A stretch of 55,224 bases of DNA, from IMG/VR virus record IMGVR_UViG_3300046522_000750; one strand, 5' to 3'. A model generated the notes under the pieces. The model ran no database searches. It saw only the letters and a list, made by a program, of their open reading frames with translations, and was not told the origin of the DNA. Origin of the DNA: a virus (lineage: Duplodnaviria > Heunggongvirae > Uroviricota > Caudoviricetes). Both the position numbers and the translations under genes were made by a program. Positions 18,387-27,264 of the stretch are shown piece by piece; within the stretch, counting starts at the first letter, position 1; each line of letters opens with the position of its first letter.

Positions 18387-18591
18387 CCTTTTCACCCTCG
18401 CCGAGGGCCTTAGCCTGCGGATCTTCAAGATCAGGCTTTTCGCCTTCGCTTTTCTTGCCGGCCTTAATAGATGCCTCAAACTTCTTTGTCGAAATATAGA
18501 AATAGACCATCGCAGGCCCACTGGCGATACCTAGAGAAACAAATAGAACCTGCATCCAGTACCCAATATCAACGGGATTATTAAAGTCCAT
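18379..18591 (-). CDS. small single-TM protein within array
   Basis: MDFNNPV..., one hydrophobic segment, overlaps both neighbours. Confidence 0.6.
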   Translation of the reverse strand: MDFNNPVDIGYWMQVLFVSLGIASGPAMVYFYISTKKFEASIKAGKKSEGEKPDLEDPQAKALGEGEKDA

Positions 18592-19165
18592 TGCTACGCC
18601 CCTTTTTATACAAGTCGCCATTAACTTTTTCAACGCGATGTAATGTCAGATTCAACAAAAGAGCGCCGAACGTTAGAAAAAGATATTTCAATACCGTGGT
18701 TGAATAACTTTGATCAACATTGGTTTCCGCAACCAAACTAAGCACGAGTAGAATCGAGGGCAAAATAGTGATTGGCCGATATATAGTCACTAATCTTTCA
18801 AATCTGTAGTCAGTAATATTTCTAAGTTTCAATTTATTGATTGCGCAACCGCAAATCATCGATCCACACACCAGCAACAAACTCAATGGAAAGACGACAG
18901 GCCTGATCGGCATAAGAAAGTATTCAACCACACCTCGCCAAAAGGAGCTGTCATTGATTGCTTCCACTAGCGGAAAGGTATTCCAAAAAACCGTATCCAG
19001 CCATTTGAAAATGAAATCCTTGGTGACTAAAAAGCAGTCGACAGCCTGGTCTGTCCAATAGATAACAAACACGCCAAGAAGCGCCATAAGAAGAACGGGT
19101 AAGCCACATTTCAATAAGATGTTTCGCACAACGTTATTTTGGTGAAGCGAGGAATCAAAGTTCAT
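18581..19165 (-). CDS. array membrane protein
   Basis: LKCGLP; ICGCAINKLKLRNI; AT-rich. Confidence 0.85.
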   Translation of the reverse strand: MNFDSSLHQNNVVRNILLKCGLPVLLMALLGVFVIYWTDQAVDCFLVTKDFIFKWLDTVFWNTFPLVEAINDSSFWRGVVEYFLMPIRPVVFPLSLLLVCGSMICGCAINKLKLRNITDYRFERLVTIYRPITILPSILLVLSLVAETNVDQSYSTTVLKYLFLTFGALLLNLTLHRVEKVNGDLYKKGRSNGL

Positions 19166-19692
19166 TTATTTACACCCTCATCACATAATATTTCTTTGTT
19201 TTTTAAAAGTGTGTATAAGGCAATAGGCGATATAACAAATCCAAAAAACGCCAAGCACCACAGCGAAGTTTTTTCAGAGCTTCTCTGGGGAATCATGCTA
19301 AACCAAATTAAAGCCGCCAGAACTACAGTGGCCAATACGCTAAATAAACAAGCGGTATACACCCTGCCCATCTGCACATACACGTTTCCTGTCTGTCCTT
19401 TTGATTTAAGGTGGTTAAGTGCACAGGCACTCCAGAGGAAAGCCAGAATGACAATGACAGTGATAGGAAAAATCACGCTGTCGAGGGCACGCAAAACATT
19501 GCCTGCACCGTAATAGGCAAAGGTCAGCCCTGACAAGAAGTAATCAAAAATCACGCCCAGAGCGCCCAAGGAGGCTTCTGGGTTCAAGAAAACGACCAGG
19601 CCAAACACCCCAAATGTGGCAACCGGAATTCCACATTTTAGTACTGTCTTTATCGCCGCCTTGTTGACGTCATTCGTTCCATCATCTTGCAT
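19162..19692 (-). CDS. array membrane protein
   Basis: LKCGIP; LWSACALNHLKSKG. Confidence 0.85.
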   Translation of the reverse strand: MQDDGTNDVNKAAIKTVLKCGIPVATFGVFGLVVFLNPEASLGALGVIFDYFLSGLTFAYYGAGNVLRALDSVIFPITVIVILAFLWSACALNHLKSKGQTGNVYVQMGRVYTACLFSVLATVVLAALIWFSMIPQRSSEKTSLWCLAFFGFVISPIALYTLLKNKEILCDEGVNK

Positions 19693-19712
19693 AAGGTGCA
19701 ATCCAGGTGGGT

Positions 19713-19752
19713 TTGTATTCCCGGATTATCCGCTTTTGTCAATTTGTGTCAA
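19713..19752 (-). promoter_or_regulatory. 40-bp array promoter/operator copy
   Basis: minus strand TTGACAcaaaTTGACAaaagcgGATAATccgGGAATACAA; identical to 21119-21158. Confidence 0.85.
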
Positions 19753-19939
19753 ATGATTGATAAATGAGGGGGTCTATGCAGGATATTGTTGAATAACTGA
19801 TTTATTGCCTGTACCAACGCACCACCCACAATACCCGTGGATTTGGGAACCTCTGGCGTATCGGTGTTCATCAAGGAGCAATTCGTGACGGCAGCTTTTG
19901 TACCTTGCCTGCTGGAAGGGATAACATTTTCAGCAGGCG

Positions 19940-19968
19940 AAAAAAACCTGCGACCAAAAGGCCGCAGG
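19940..19968 (-). terminator. intrinsic terminator
   Basis: CCTGCG.CC-aaaa-GG.CGCAGG stem with T-tract on minus strand. Confidence 0.6.
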
Positions 19969-19986
19969 CAGAGACAAAACCAACGC

Positions 19987-20535
19987 CTAGGGATTGGTTA
20001 TATCGGCAACCTTTTCACTTTCTAGCCTTCTCTCAAGGTTGGTGCAATAGACATAACCATTGCCAACACACAGCACCACAAGTGATGTCAGGAAAAATAA
20101 TGCGGCGAAGTCTGTTTTGTTTGGCGATTGACCCATTTGCATAATTAATAAAATCGTTACTACAAAGATTACTGCATTTGTTTTCAAAACGAATCCGGTG
20201 TGAACTCCACCTTGAATCATTTTCACATTAATACAGGTAAGCCAGAGGCTGATGCAGGTAACAACAGCCACTACTGAAGGATATTCGACAATATAGTTCA
20301 ACAGCGCCGTAATATTTACAAGTTGATCTAACCAAGCACCAGCATAATCTACAGCGGATACTATAGCCTTAACGAAATAAGCCAAACCACCAACAATCAT
20401 CAAAACAATATCTGATGATTCTTTTGGAAAGGAAAAGGCGATCAACGATACAACCAATGCGACAGCCACCGGAATACCACACTTGATCGCAGTTGTTCGA
20501 ATATCTATATTTGCCTTGACTGCAGTATTCATCAT
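19987..20535 (-). CDS. array membrane protein
   Basis: IKCGIP; LWLTCINVKMIQGGV; TAATG coupling to upstream gene. Confidence 0.85.
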   Translation of the reverse strand: MMNTAVKANIDIRTTAIKCGIPVAVALVVSLIAFSFPKESSDIVLMIVGGLAYFVKAIVSAVDYAGAWLDQLVNITALLNYIVEYPSVVAVVTCISLWLTCINVKMIQGGVHTGFVLKTNAVIFVVTILLIMQMGQSPNKTDFAALFFLTSLVVLCVGNGYVYCTNLERRLESEKVADITNP

Positions 20536-21077
20536 TAAATCCACTTTGACTTAAGGTTCAGTTTATGTTCAGCGTACGTTGAAAAAATGACAAGTAATAT
20601 TCCATAAAACTCAGTCCAGATCAGCCATTCAATGCTTTGGACAGCACCTGGAAATAACAACAGTGTCGCAGTAGCAAGATTGAAGAAAAATAATACTCTC
20701 CAGCAAGATATAAGGTACATGCACGAGTTTCTCAATCTTGTTGCACAAGCCTCGCTACCTTCTTTTGTGCTCAGATGGCGTACTGCGCAAATTTGCCAAA
20801 TAACCAGACCGGCTACCAAAATACTGACAGCAATAGCCACACTCCCGAACCACCCCGCCGAATACCCCTGAACAAACACCTGAGCAGCAGATCCAGCAAT
20901 GGCGATCAGCACGACATCAATCGATGCGACAACCAACTCAATCAGCGGCTTGAACAAATTGTAGGCTTGTTCCTGGAACAGGAAGCAAAACAGAAAGAGC
21001 CCCGTTACCAGTGCAACGGGAATGCCGCACTTGAGTGCCGCTTTGCAGCCTTCGTTGGGAACGGTGCTATCAGACAT
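20535..21077 (-). CDS. array membrane protein
   Basis: LKCGIP; IWQICAVRHLSTKEG. Confidence 0.85.
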   Translation of the reverse strand: MSDSTVPNEGCKAALKCGIPVALVTGLFLFCFLFQEQAYNLFKPLIELVVASIDVVLIAIAGSAAQVFVQGYSAGWFGSVAIAVSILVAGLVIWQICAVRHLSTKEGSEACATRLRNSCMYLISCWRVLFFFNLATATLLLFPGAVQSIEWLIWTEFYGILLVIFSTYAEHKLNLKSKWI

Positions 21078-21118
21078 TTTCAGTTTCTCCACTCTTGGAT
21101 ATTTTGATTTTACTGGTC

Positions 21119-21158
21119 TTGTATTCCCGGATTATCCGCTTTTGTCAATTTGTGTCAA
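21119..21158 (-). promoter_or_regulatory. 40-bp array promoter/operator copy
   Basis: exact 40/40 match to 19713-19752. Confidence 0.85.
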
Positions 21159-21202
21159 TTTATAGAAACAAAATCGAACGCCAACCTGGTCATCAGATAA
21201 AA

Positions 21203-21233
21203 ACAAAAAACCCATCGATGATGGGTCTTTGTT
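21203..21233 (-). terminator. intrinsic terminator
   Basis: CCCATC-gat-GATGGG with T-tract on minus strand. Confidence 0.6.
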
Positions 21234-21262
21234 GGCTGTCTATGCCGAAAGTACTGAGCTTT

Positions 21263-21769
21263 TTATTCAGCCGATAGCAGTTTTTTGATTTTTTCATCTT
21301 CCTGCATTTCAATGACTCTCATGAACATCAACACCACCATGTAGAAAAGGCCCACTAAAAAAAAGCCTTCTGGAGCGTTTGACGCTGGCACGTACATCAT
21401 CACCGCTGCGATAGAGAGGAACGTAAACCAGTTTCTTACGTTGTCTAGCCGGGCATACAGATTACTCTGAAGGTGTTTCTTCTTCATCGAAGCGCAGATG
21501 CACGTGAGCCATAGATAAGCCGCGATAAACACGCCAGGAACCACAATTGGCAACCATGACCAATAGGCATAGACCGAATAAAAAACTTTTACAGCCAGGG
21601 TCAGGTTTTCGAAAGTCCACTTCAATGCAACGAGAGTGGCTGCAACTACCTCGGTGGAGAAAACAACCAAAAAGCTCACAAGCAGCATCGCCGCCACAAT
21701 ACATGAACCACATTTAATGGCATTGGATACGAGGTCGTTTTTGAAATTTTCCGCTGAATTGGTGCTCAT
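21263..21769 (-). CDS. array membrane protein
   Basis: IKCGSC; LWLTCICASMKKKHL. Confidence 0.85.
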   Translation of the reverse strand: MSTNSAENFKNDLVSNAIKCGSCIVAAMLLVSFLVVFSTEVVAATLVALKWTFENLTLAVKVFYSVYAYWSWLPIVVPGVFIAAYLWLTCICASMKKKHLQSNLYARLDNVRNWFTFLSIAAVMMYVPASNAPEGFFLVGLFYMVVLMFMRVIEMQEDEKIKKLLSAE

Positions 21770-21821
21770 ATCATCATCCTTATATTTTGAATTATCGCCA
21801 GCGGCTGGACTACCCATCGGC

Positions 21822-21861
21822 GTGTATTCGCGGATTATGAGCTTTTGTCAAAAACTGTCAA
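21822..21861 (-). promoter_or_regulatory. 40-bp array promoter/operator copy
   Basis: minus strand TTGACAgtttTTGACAaaagctCATAATccgCGAATACAC. Confidence 0.8.
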
Positions 21862-21885
21862 TTAAGAGTTATTAACGCACTCAAT

Positions 21886-22047
21886 TCAGGCCGCCAGGCC
21901 CATAAAACAAAACCCTTCCGAGGAAGGGTTTTTGGTGTGCTTCTCTTTTCGAGAGTAGCCAGTTTTGTCGGTGACGACGCGCTGTCGGTACAGCGGGATC
22001 ATGACCATCGATTTAGCTTTGCTTTTCTTGCCAGGGCCTTTTTTCAT
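21886..22047 (-). CDS. arfA: alternative ribosome-rescue factor A-like protein (53 aa), absent from ORF track
   Basis: MKKGPGKKSKAKSMVMIPLYRQRVVTDKTGYSRKEKHTKNPSSEGFCFMGLAA*; PL(F/Y)RQRV...SRK.KH core resembles ArfA; GGAG RBS 6 nt upstream. Confidence 0.75.
   Translation of the reverse strand: MKKGPGKKSKAKSMVMIPLYRQRVVTDKTGYSRKEKHTKNPSSEGFCFMGLAA
21909..21932 (-). terminator. terminator/RNase III-type hairpin inside the arfA-like ORF
   Basis: AAAACCCTTCC-tc-GGAAGGGTTTT followed by GTTTT on minus strand, upstream of the stop codon. Confidence 0.8.
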
Positions 22048-22104
22048 GATGAGCTCCAGTGAATGAGCCTACATGATAAGGCATTTTGACATCATTTGCA
22101 ATAT

Positions 22105-23700
22105 CTACAGGCCCAACGCGTCCGAAAGCATCGCTCCTTTCATCAGATTGATCTCCCTGGGGCTGAAGAAGGATTCAACCCCCAGGTCTTTGACAATCTG
22201 CAGGTGATGCTCAACCGCCATGATCGCCCGCAATGTTTTCCTGAATTCACCACGATTGAAACGCTCTGAGAGCCCAAGGGGCCACGCCGTTGGCCGATCT
22301 TTGTTCACATGGCTCAAGTAAATGAACGAGGCTTCGCTCAGGGTGGCCGGCGCATACGGACTCAGTGCTTTGGTGTAGTTGTTCAGGCGTACAATGATCG
22401 ACGTAAGAGGCTCAGTCGACTCCAGCACCTCACGTGCGGCTTTGAGATCTGCTGCATACGCAGGCACCACAGAAGATTGAGCTGCACCCTCCTCCAGAGC
22501 CAATACCAGTTGCCAAAGCACCCCGCGAAAAGGATTTAGGTTGTGCAACTCGGCTTGGCTGTAAAAGCTCTCGACACCCAGGATCTGAATGATGTCGGTG
22601 TGAGGCTTGAACGGTGAAGAGCTACGATGGCGCTTACGAAATGCCAGTCGATCAAGCACCGTATCTAGTTTCAGTCCCTTGAAGACCTCCGGCTCGCCAG
22701 ACACCGTGCCAAGTACCATGTAGCCCTCAAGGTCAATGTTGGTTTCGGCGCAAGGCATCAGCGCTTTCACCATCGTTGAACAGCCCTTGGCGTGCCGGCC
22801 ACGAGCCGGCTGTTTTTCCAATAGCTTTCGCAGCTTGCTCAGCGTTCTGTTCTTGAGTGTATGGACTTGCTCCTCACTGATTTTGTCCTCAAATCGCAAG
22901 CGAACAATCATCTCCTCGAGCATTTCATGCATGTTCAGAAAGTGACCAAGATTGGCGTGATCAAGATCGCCCACCAGCGATTTGCAGAACTGGTGACCAT
23001 CAATGCCCTTTTCCAGCAACGCAGGTACGCCACCATGGCGCTCAACCATCGCAAGCTTGCCCTCGTCTATCCGGTAATGATGGAACTCGCGACCCATTTT
23101 GGGCAGTTGATTCACCAGGCTTACGCCGCGTTTGGCCTCTTCAATCAGCTTGAGCTCTGCTTCAAGTTCAGCCAGGCGCTCACCGCCTTCGAATGCGATG
23201 CAGCCGATTTTGTCGCGAATACTGTGCGTGGTAATCCAGTGATCTGGGGCTGGCTTTTGCGTGGACAGGTAAAACACCGCCGCTAACAGGTTTTGGTTCT
23301 TAACTTCACTCCACGCCACGTACAGCCAAACCCGGTCATGCCCCTTGAGGTTCGCGTTGACCCAACCAAAGGTTTGCTCCAGGAGGTGCAGAAGATCCAG
23401 GGTGCCAATGTCCTCAGCCTGAAGCTGTAAAATCTTGCTCGACATCAGTTTTTCGTAAAGCTCATGAATGTTCGACGCGGGGCCACTGCCATGCGAATGA
23501 ACACTCAAGGCGATGGCACGGCTCATGGCGGTCAGCCTGTACCTGTCTTCTACATCCAGCACTTCAAAACACTTGTCGATCACTGTCTTGTAGGGCTGGA
23601 AGGCAGCCTGTGGATCATCGAAGCCGGAAGTAGCACCTACGCGCACGAGACAGTTCCTCTGTAAAGCGATTCTGGATTGACTATTTGTCAATTTATACAT
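22105..23700 (-). CDS. large hypothetical protein
   Basis: 531-aa ORF ending LSDALGL; true start probably a little downstream of 23700. Confidence 0.8.
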   Translation of the reverse strand: MYKLTNSQSRIALQRNCLVRVGATSGFDDPQAAFQPYKTVIDKCFEVLDVEDRYRLTAMSRAIALSVHSHGSGPASNIHELYEKLMSSKILQLQAEDIGTLDLLHLLEQTFGWVNANLKGHDRVWLYVAWSEVKNQNLLAAVFYLSTQKPAPDHWITTHSIRDKIGCIAFEGGERLAELEAELKLIEEAKRGVSLVNQLPKMGREFHHYRIDEGKLAMVERHGGVPALLEKGIDGHQFCKSLVGDLDHANLGHFLNMHEMLEEMIVRLRFEDKISEEQVHTLKNRTLSKLRKLLEKQPARGRHAKGCSTMVKALMPCAETNIDLEGYMVLGTVSGEPEVFKGLKLDTVLDRLAFRKRHRSSSPFKPHTDIIQILGVESFYSQAELHNLNPFRGVLWQLVLALEEGAAQSSVVPAYAADLKAAREVLESTEPLTSIIVRLNNYTKALSPYAPATLSEASFIYLSHVNKDRPTAWPLGLSERFNRGEFRKTLRAIMAVEHHLQIVKDLGVESFFSPREINLMKGAMLSDALGL

Positions 23701-23776
23701 AATATTTTGAATAATGTCTATGATTACCAGCGCGATTGGATTGCCCGTCGCTCATCCGGTACAGAACGGAGTCTTT

Positions 23777-24466
23777 ATGTCCACCACCAGCCCTGATTTG
23801 TCTGTCGATACCAAACAAACCCTCATTGAAGTCGAGCAGGATGAGCGTGCGATTTTCGAGAAGGTTTGCCGGGATGGCGATACCCGTGGTGTTGAGTTTG
23901 ATCCGGTGCATAACCGCTACGTCGGCGCCGATCACAAAATTCAATGGAACATCGACAAGGCCAAGCATATCAACGCAGCTTGGTACGGATGGTTGATGTC
24001 TATTGCCAATCGCCAGGACAAAGCCAAGATTAAACAGCTGCAAAAGCAAGTCGCTGAACTGACGCATGAGAAGGCTGTGCTGCAAGAGCAGCTCCCTGAT
24101 CAGCCACGCACCGATAATCCGGCGCACACCGATCACGCCAAGGCCCTGCTGCTCAACCCGAGCAAAGAACCCGCCATTGCCGGTTACGGCGCCTTCTGGA
24201 AAGAGCGAGGGCATGATTGCTCGCAACTCGCCGGTGGGCACCCAGGCGAGCTGGCATTCGGCATCAGCTACATAAGATCGCTGGGCTTTGAGTGCCAGGA
24301 GCATGCCTTGATCCGTTTGGCAGACTACCGCATCGACATGAGCGCCCTGCGTGCCCACGTGACCAAGGTTGAAGGCGTTCTGCTGGATGTCTACAACCAG
24401 AACGAGCTCAGCCTTGGCGATGATGAACGCATCCTGGCTGTCCTCGACCACAAGATCAAAACCTAA
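23777..24466 (+). CDS. phage-like hypothetical protein
   Basis: MSTTSPDL after GGAG; AAWYGW motif and coiled coil. Confidence 0.7.
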   Translation: MSTTSPDLSVDTKQTLIEVEQDERAIFEKVCRDGDTRGVEFDPVHNRYVGADHKIQWNIDKAKHINAAWYGWLMSIANRQDKAKIKQLQKQVAELTHEKAVLQEQLPDQPRTDNPAHTDHAKALLLNPSKEPAIAGYGAFWKERGHDCSQLAGGHPGELAFGISYIRSLGFECQEHALIRLADYRIDMSALRAHVTKVEGVLLDVYNQNELSLGDDERILAVLDHKIKT

Positions 24467-24479
24467 GGCTGAGTCGATC

Positions 24480-24707
24480 ATGAGCACTGCACGCAAGGCA
24501 CACCGCACTCGCAAGAATTTCGTTGCACGACAGGAAAAGCGAGGGCCTAGCGCGGTAATGCGCGAAGGCGCCTACCAGGAAAACGGTCGACGATTCTGGG
24601 TGGTCATGAGTCGTGTCGGCCTGTCGATCAGCAGCACGCCCAAGAAAGCCAAAGCTGAATGGCGTCGGTTGAATGCCCGCGCCTGGCAGAAGAAGGTGAT
24701 TGCATGA
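24480..24707 (+). CDS. small basic hypothetical protein
   Basis: 75 aa, K/R-rich, ATGA coupling to next gene. Confidence 0.6.
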   Translation: MSTARKAHRTRKNFVARQEKRGPSAVMREGAYQENGRRFWVVMSRVGLSISSTPKKAKAEWRRLNARAWQKKVIA

Positions 24708-25462
24708 GCTCTGTAAAAAGCGGTTACGACGTACTCAACGTCATGCGCGAAGTACTGGAAATGGCCGTCATGCAGATAGAGCATGATGTGCCTGAAACCA
24801 AGGACTACGTCCTCAGCCGGCTGCGCGAACTTATCGACCGGCCTGCTCCGCAAGTGCCTGCCGTGGGCGAGGTTGTGCTGCCCGCCGATCTTCGCCCCCG
24901 CCTGGATAAAGTCGTGGACGATATTCGTGATCTGATCAGCGATGGCTTCACGTGCGATGACGATGATGAGACCTTTCTGCTGGATCTGCATGCCAGGCTA
25001 GCCAAGGCCGATCAGCCAATGGATGAGCGGGGTCTGTTCGAAGATACTTACCCCCTTTCCTATATCGTCGAGTTCGACCCTGAGACCAATCTTTACAAGG
25101 AAGTGGTCAGATCCGGTGATTCTGAAGCTTTAACCGAACTCGCCAACGTGCGCTGGAAGGTCTGGCAAGACCGCGCCGCCCTGCCCCAGCGTAAGGTGAC
25201 CGTGAGCGGTGATGTCCGCACATTCGAAGAAGGCATTCGTCGTGCCTACGACCTGGTCAACATGGTCGCCGCCAATCGCGAAACCGATGAAGTCGTCAGG
25301 GAGATGGAAGACCTTGCTCTGTCCATCATTGATGAGGCGCCACGCTACAAGACTCAGTGGCGCGTCGTGAGCAAGGTTGGGACTGAATTGCGGCTGGCGC
25401 GCAAGGAATTAAACGAGGTGAAAATTAAATTGCAGGCCATGGGCGGGACACTGCCGGAATGA
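24704..25462 (+). CDS. hypothetical protein
   Basis: MSSVKSGY..., ATGA overlaps at both ends. Confidence 0.75.
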   Translation: MSSVKSGYDVLNVMREVLEMAVMQIEHDVPETKDYVLSRLRELIDRPAPQVPAVGEVVLPADLRPRLDKVVDDIRDLISDGFTCDDDDETFLLDLHARLAKADQPMDERGLFEDTYPLSYIVEFDPETNLYKEVVRSGDSEALTELANVRWKVWQDRAALPQRKVTVSGDVRTFEEGIRRAYDLVNMVAANRETDEVVREMEDLALSIIDEAPRYKTQWRVVSKVGTELRLARKELNEVKIKLQAMGGTLPE

Positions 25463-26097
25463 CCCCGCATGAAGCGCTGCTCTTTGCCGCTTCCTCGGTG
25501 GGCATCACCCGCAAGCCCTGGTGCTCTGTGTTGGATCAAGTGCACGCCGGCGCTTACTGGGAAACCCAGGTGCTGATGGATGATTCAACGACCATTTGGG
25601 TCGCGGACAATCACCCTGGCTTCCCAATGCCCGCCAGCAAAGGCGTTAGCATGCATCGCATGCAACAGGGCGGTTACGGCTGGGAGTGGAACTCGTGGAA
25701 GTTTGACGACGATGCCATGCGTTTGGCCGTTGCCCTTGGTATGACCATCGACATCAATCGCAAGGTGGGTCAGGTGACGGTGTTTTACCGGCTGACGGAA
25801 GACGCCCCTCGTGCATTTTTGACCCAAAACAGCGAAGGGGATTTGGCGACCTGTGCCCGGCACGCAATCACCCGCGCCGCCGCGTTCATTGGGCAGCATC
25901 TCAACGGCCAGCATGTCGTGATCAACCTAGACGTGCTCTATCGCCCTGAAGACGACGAGAGCGACTCCTACAAAGGCATGATGCCGGTTATGCGTTGCGA
26001 ACTGAAGGACGAGAAAGCCGCACTGTCGCGTGAAGTCTGCCTACTTAAGCAAATGCTCGACGCAAAAACCCCTTACTTTGTCGAACATGAGGCATAG
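25459..26097 (+). CDS. phage-like hypothetical protein
   Basis: 212 aa; WNSW..DDDAMRLAV.L motif. Confidence 0.75.
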   Translation: MTPHEALLFAASSVGITRKPWCSVLDQVHAGAYWETQVLMDDSTTIWVADNHPGFPMPASKGVSMHRMQQGGYGWEWNSWKFDDDAMRLAVALGMTIDINRKVGQVTVFYRLTEDAPRAFLTQNSEGDLATCARHAITRAAAFIGQHLNGQHVVINLDVLYRPEDDESDSYKGMMPVMRCELKDEKAALSREVCLLKQMLDAKTPYFVEHEA

Positions 26098-26329
26098 AAA
26101 AAGCGGGCCCAGCTTGCGCCGGATCCCGCCTTGTTTTGTGCCGATCTGATTTACTGGCCGTTGCAGGCGGTAGTCAGTGATAGCCGCGCTATAACCGTGA
26201 GGCTCTGGCGACGTTCCCAACTACAGACCAGCACCAGCCCGGCAGACAACCCATCGAGTGATCTCGGCCACCGGGACAGCCAACAAACTTAGTCCGCACA
26301 TCAACTCTACCTCACACAGAAGCCGCCAA

Positions 26330-26695
26330 TCAAACGGCTGGCGCTTCTTCCTGCTCTTCGCCCAGGGTATAGGCAATCACTTCGTCTTCGCTGGCCGTCG
26401 ACAACTCGACCGCGATGTAAATGTCATCCGCCGTCAGCGTATCCACGTGCATCGGGAAGTCGGCTTCTTCAATGCCGCGCAGACGCATCGTGTAGTAAAT
26501 TGCATCCATCTCTTGCTTGTGCGACTCAAGACCGATTTCCAGGATCTTGATGTCATCCAGAATGGCTCGCGCTTCATCCTCGCTCATGTGGCCACCGCCC
26601 TGAGGCTTTGGCATCAGGCCCGCTTTGGCGAACTCAATCGCGTCGGTCAAACGCTCACGAGTGGTTTCAATGCGATACGGTTCTATGTTACTCAT
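26330..26695 (-). CDS. acidic hypothetical protein
   Basis: 121-aa ORF. Confidence 0.7.
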   Translation of the reverse strand: MSNIEPYRIETTRERLTDAIEFAKAGLMPKPQGGGHMSEDEARAILDDIKILEIGLESHKQEMDAIYYTMRLRGIEEADFPMHVDTLTADDIYIAVELSTASEDEVIAYTLGEEQEEAPAV

Positions 26696-26793
26696 GGTAC
26701 GTGTCTCGCTTCAGTGGTGTGATCAAGCATTTTGTTCGCAAACCGAGACGTTTCAGCCTCGGCCTGCCTAACAGGTTAAGTATTCATCCCGCC

Positions 26794-27264
26794 TCAAGAA
26801 CTGTAGGAGACCTGGGCGCCGGCAGCTGCTGCCGAATGATCGACTTGCTCCAGCATTTCCTCGGGGAACACCACCGGGCGTTTGACCACCAGGCCCTCCC
26901 GCGCCATCTGCTGATGGGTACTGCGTAGCTGCTGGCGTACTGCATCGAGCTGCACAGTGTCCTGGGAAAGGATCAGCTCATGCATCAGCGCTTCGAGGTT
27001 GTCGGCCTTCTCGCGCAACTCAATCTTTCGCTTGTTGAGCCGGATCGTCGAGATATAGGCGTCATCCAGCCACTGCAGACGCCTTGGCAGGTGCTTCCAG
27101 TGGTGCGTACGGGCGCAAGACGGGCATACCGGGGTGTTGCTCTTGGCACTCCAGAAGCGGGTTTCCTTGTCACAGAAATAGCAGACTTCCAACGTCTGAG
27201 CTGCATCGAAAAACTCGATCAGGCTCAGGTTACAGTCATCCTCATGTACCAACTGGATCGGCAT
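26794..27264 (-). CDS. Zn-finger plus coiled-coil hypothetical protein
   Basis: CYFC...CPSC. Confidence 0.7.
   Translation of the reverse strand: MPIQLVHEDDCNLSLIEFFDAAQTLEVCYFCDKETRFWSAKSNTPVCPSCARTHHWKHLPRRLQWLDDAYISTIRLNKRKIELREKADNLEALMHELILSQDTVQLDAVRQQLRSTHQQMAREGLVVKRPVVFPEEMLEQVDHSAAAAGAQVSYSS

Noticed and set aside
14115-21861. 40-bp repeats as a CRISPR array or integron attC sites
   Set aside because: Copies are separated by whole genes at irregular 0.7-5.6 kb distances, contain -35/-10 boxes, are not palindromic, and no cas or integrase gene is present
23676-23692. ATTGAC-tattt-GTCAAT as an ANR/FNR box
   Set aside because: Spacer is 5 nt rather than 4; more simply explained as back-to-back -35 elements of divergent promoters
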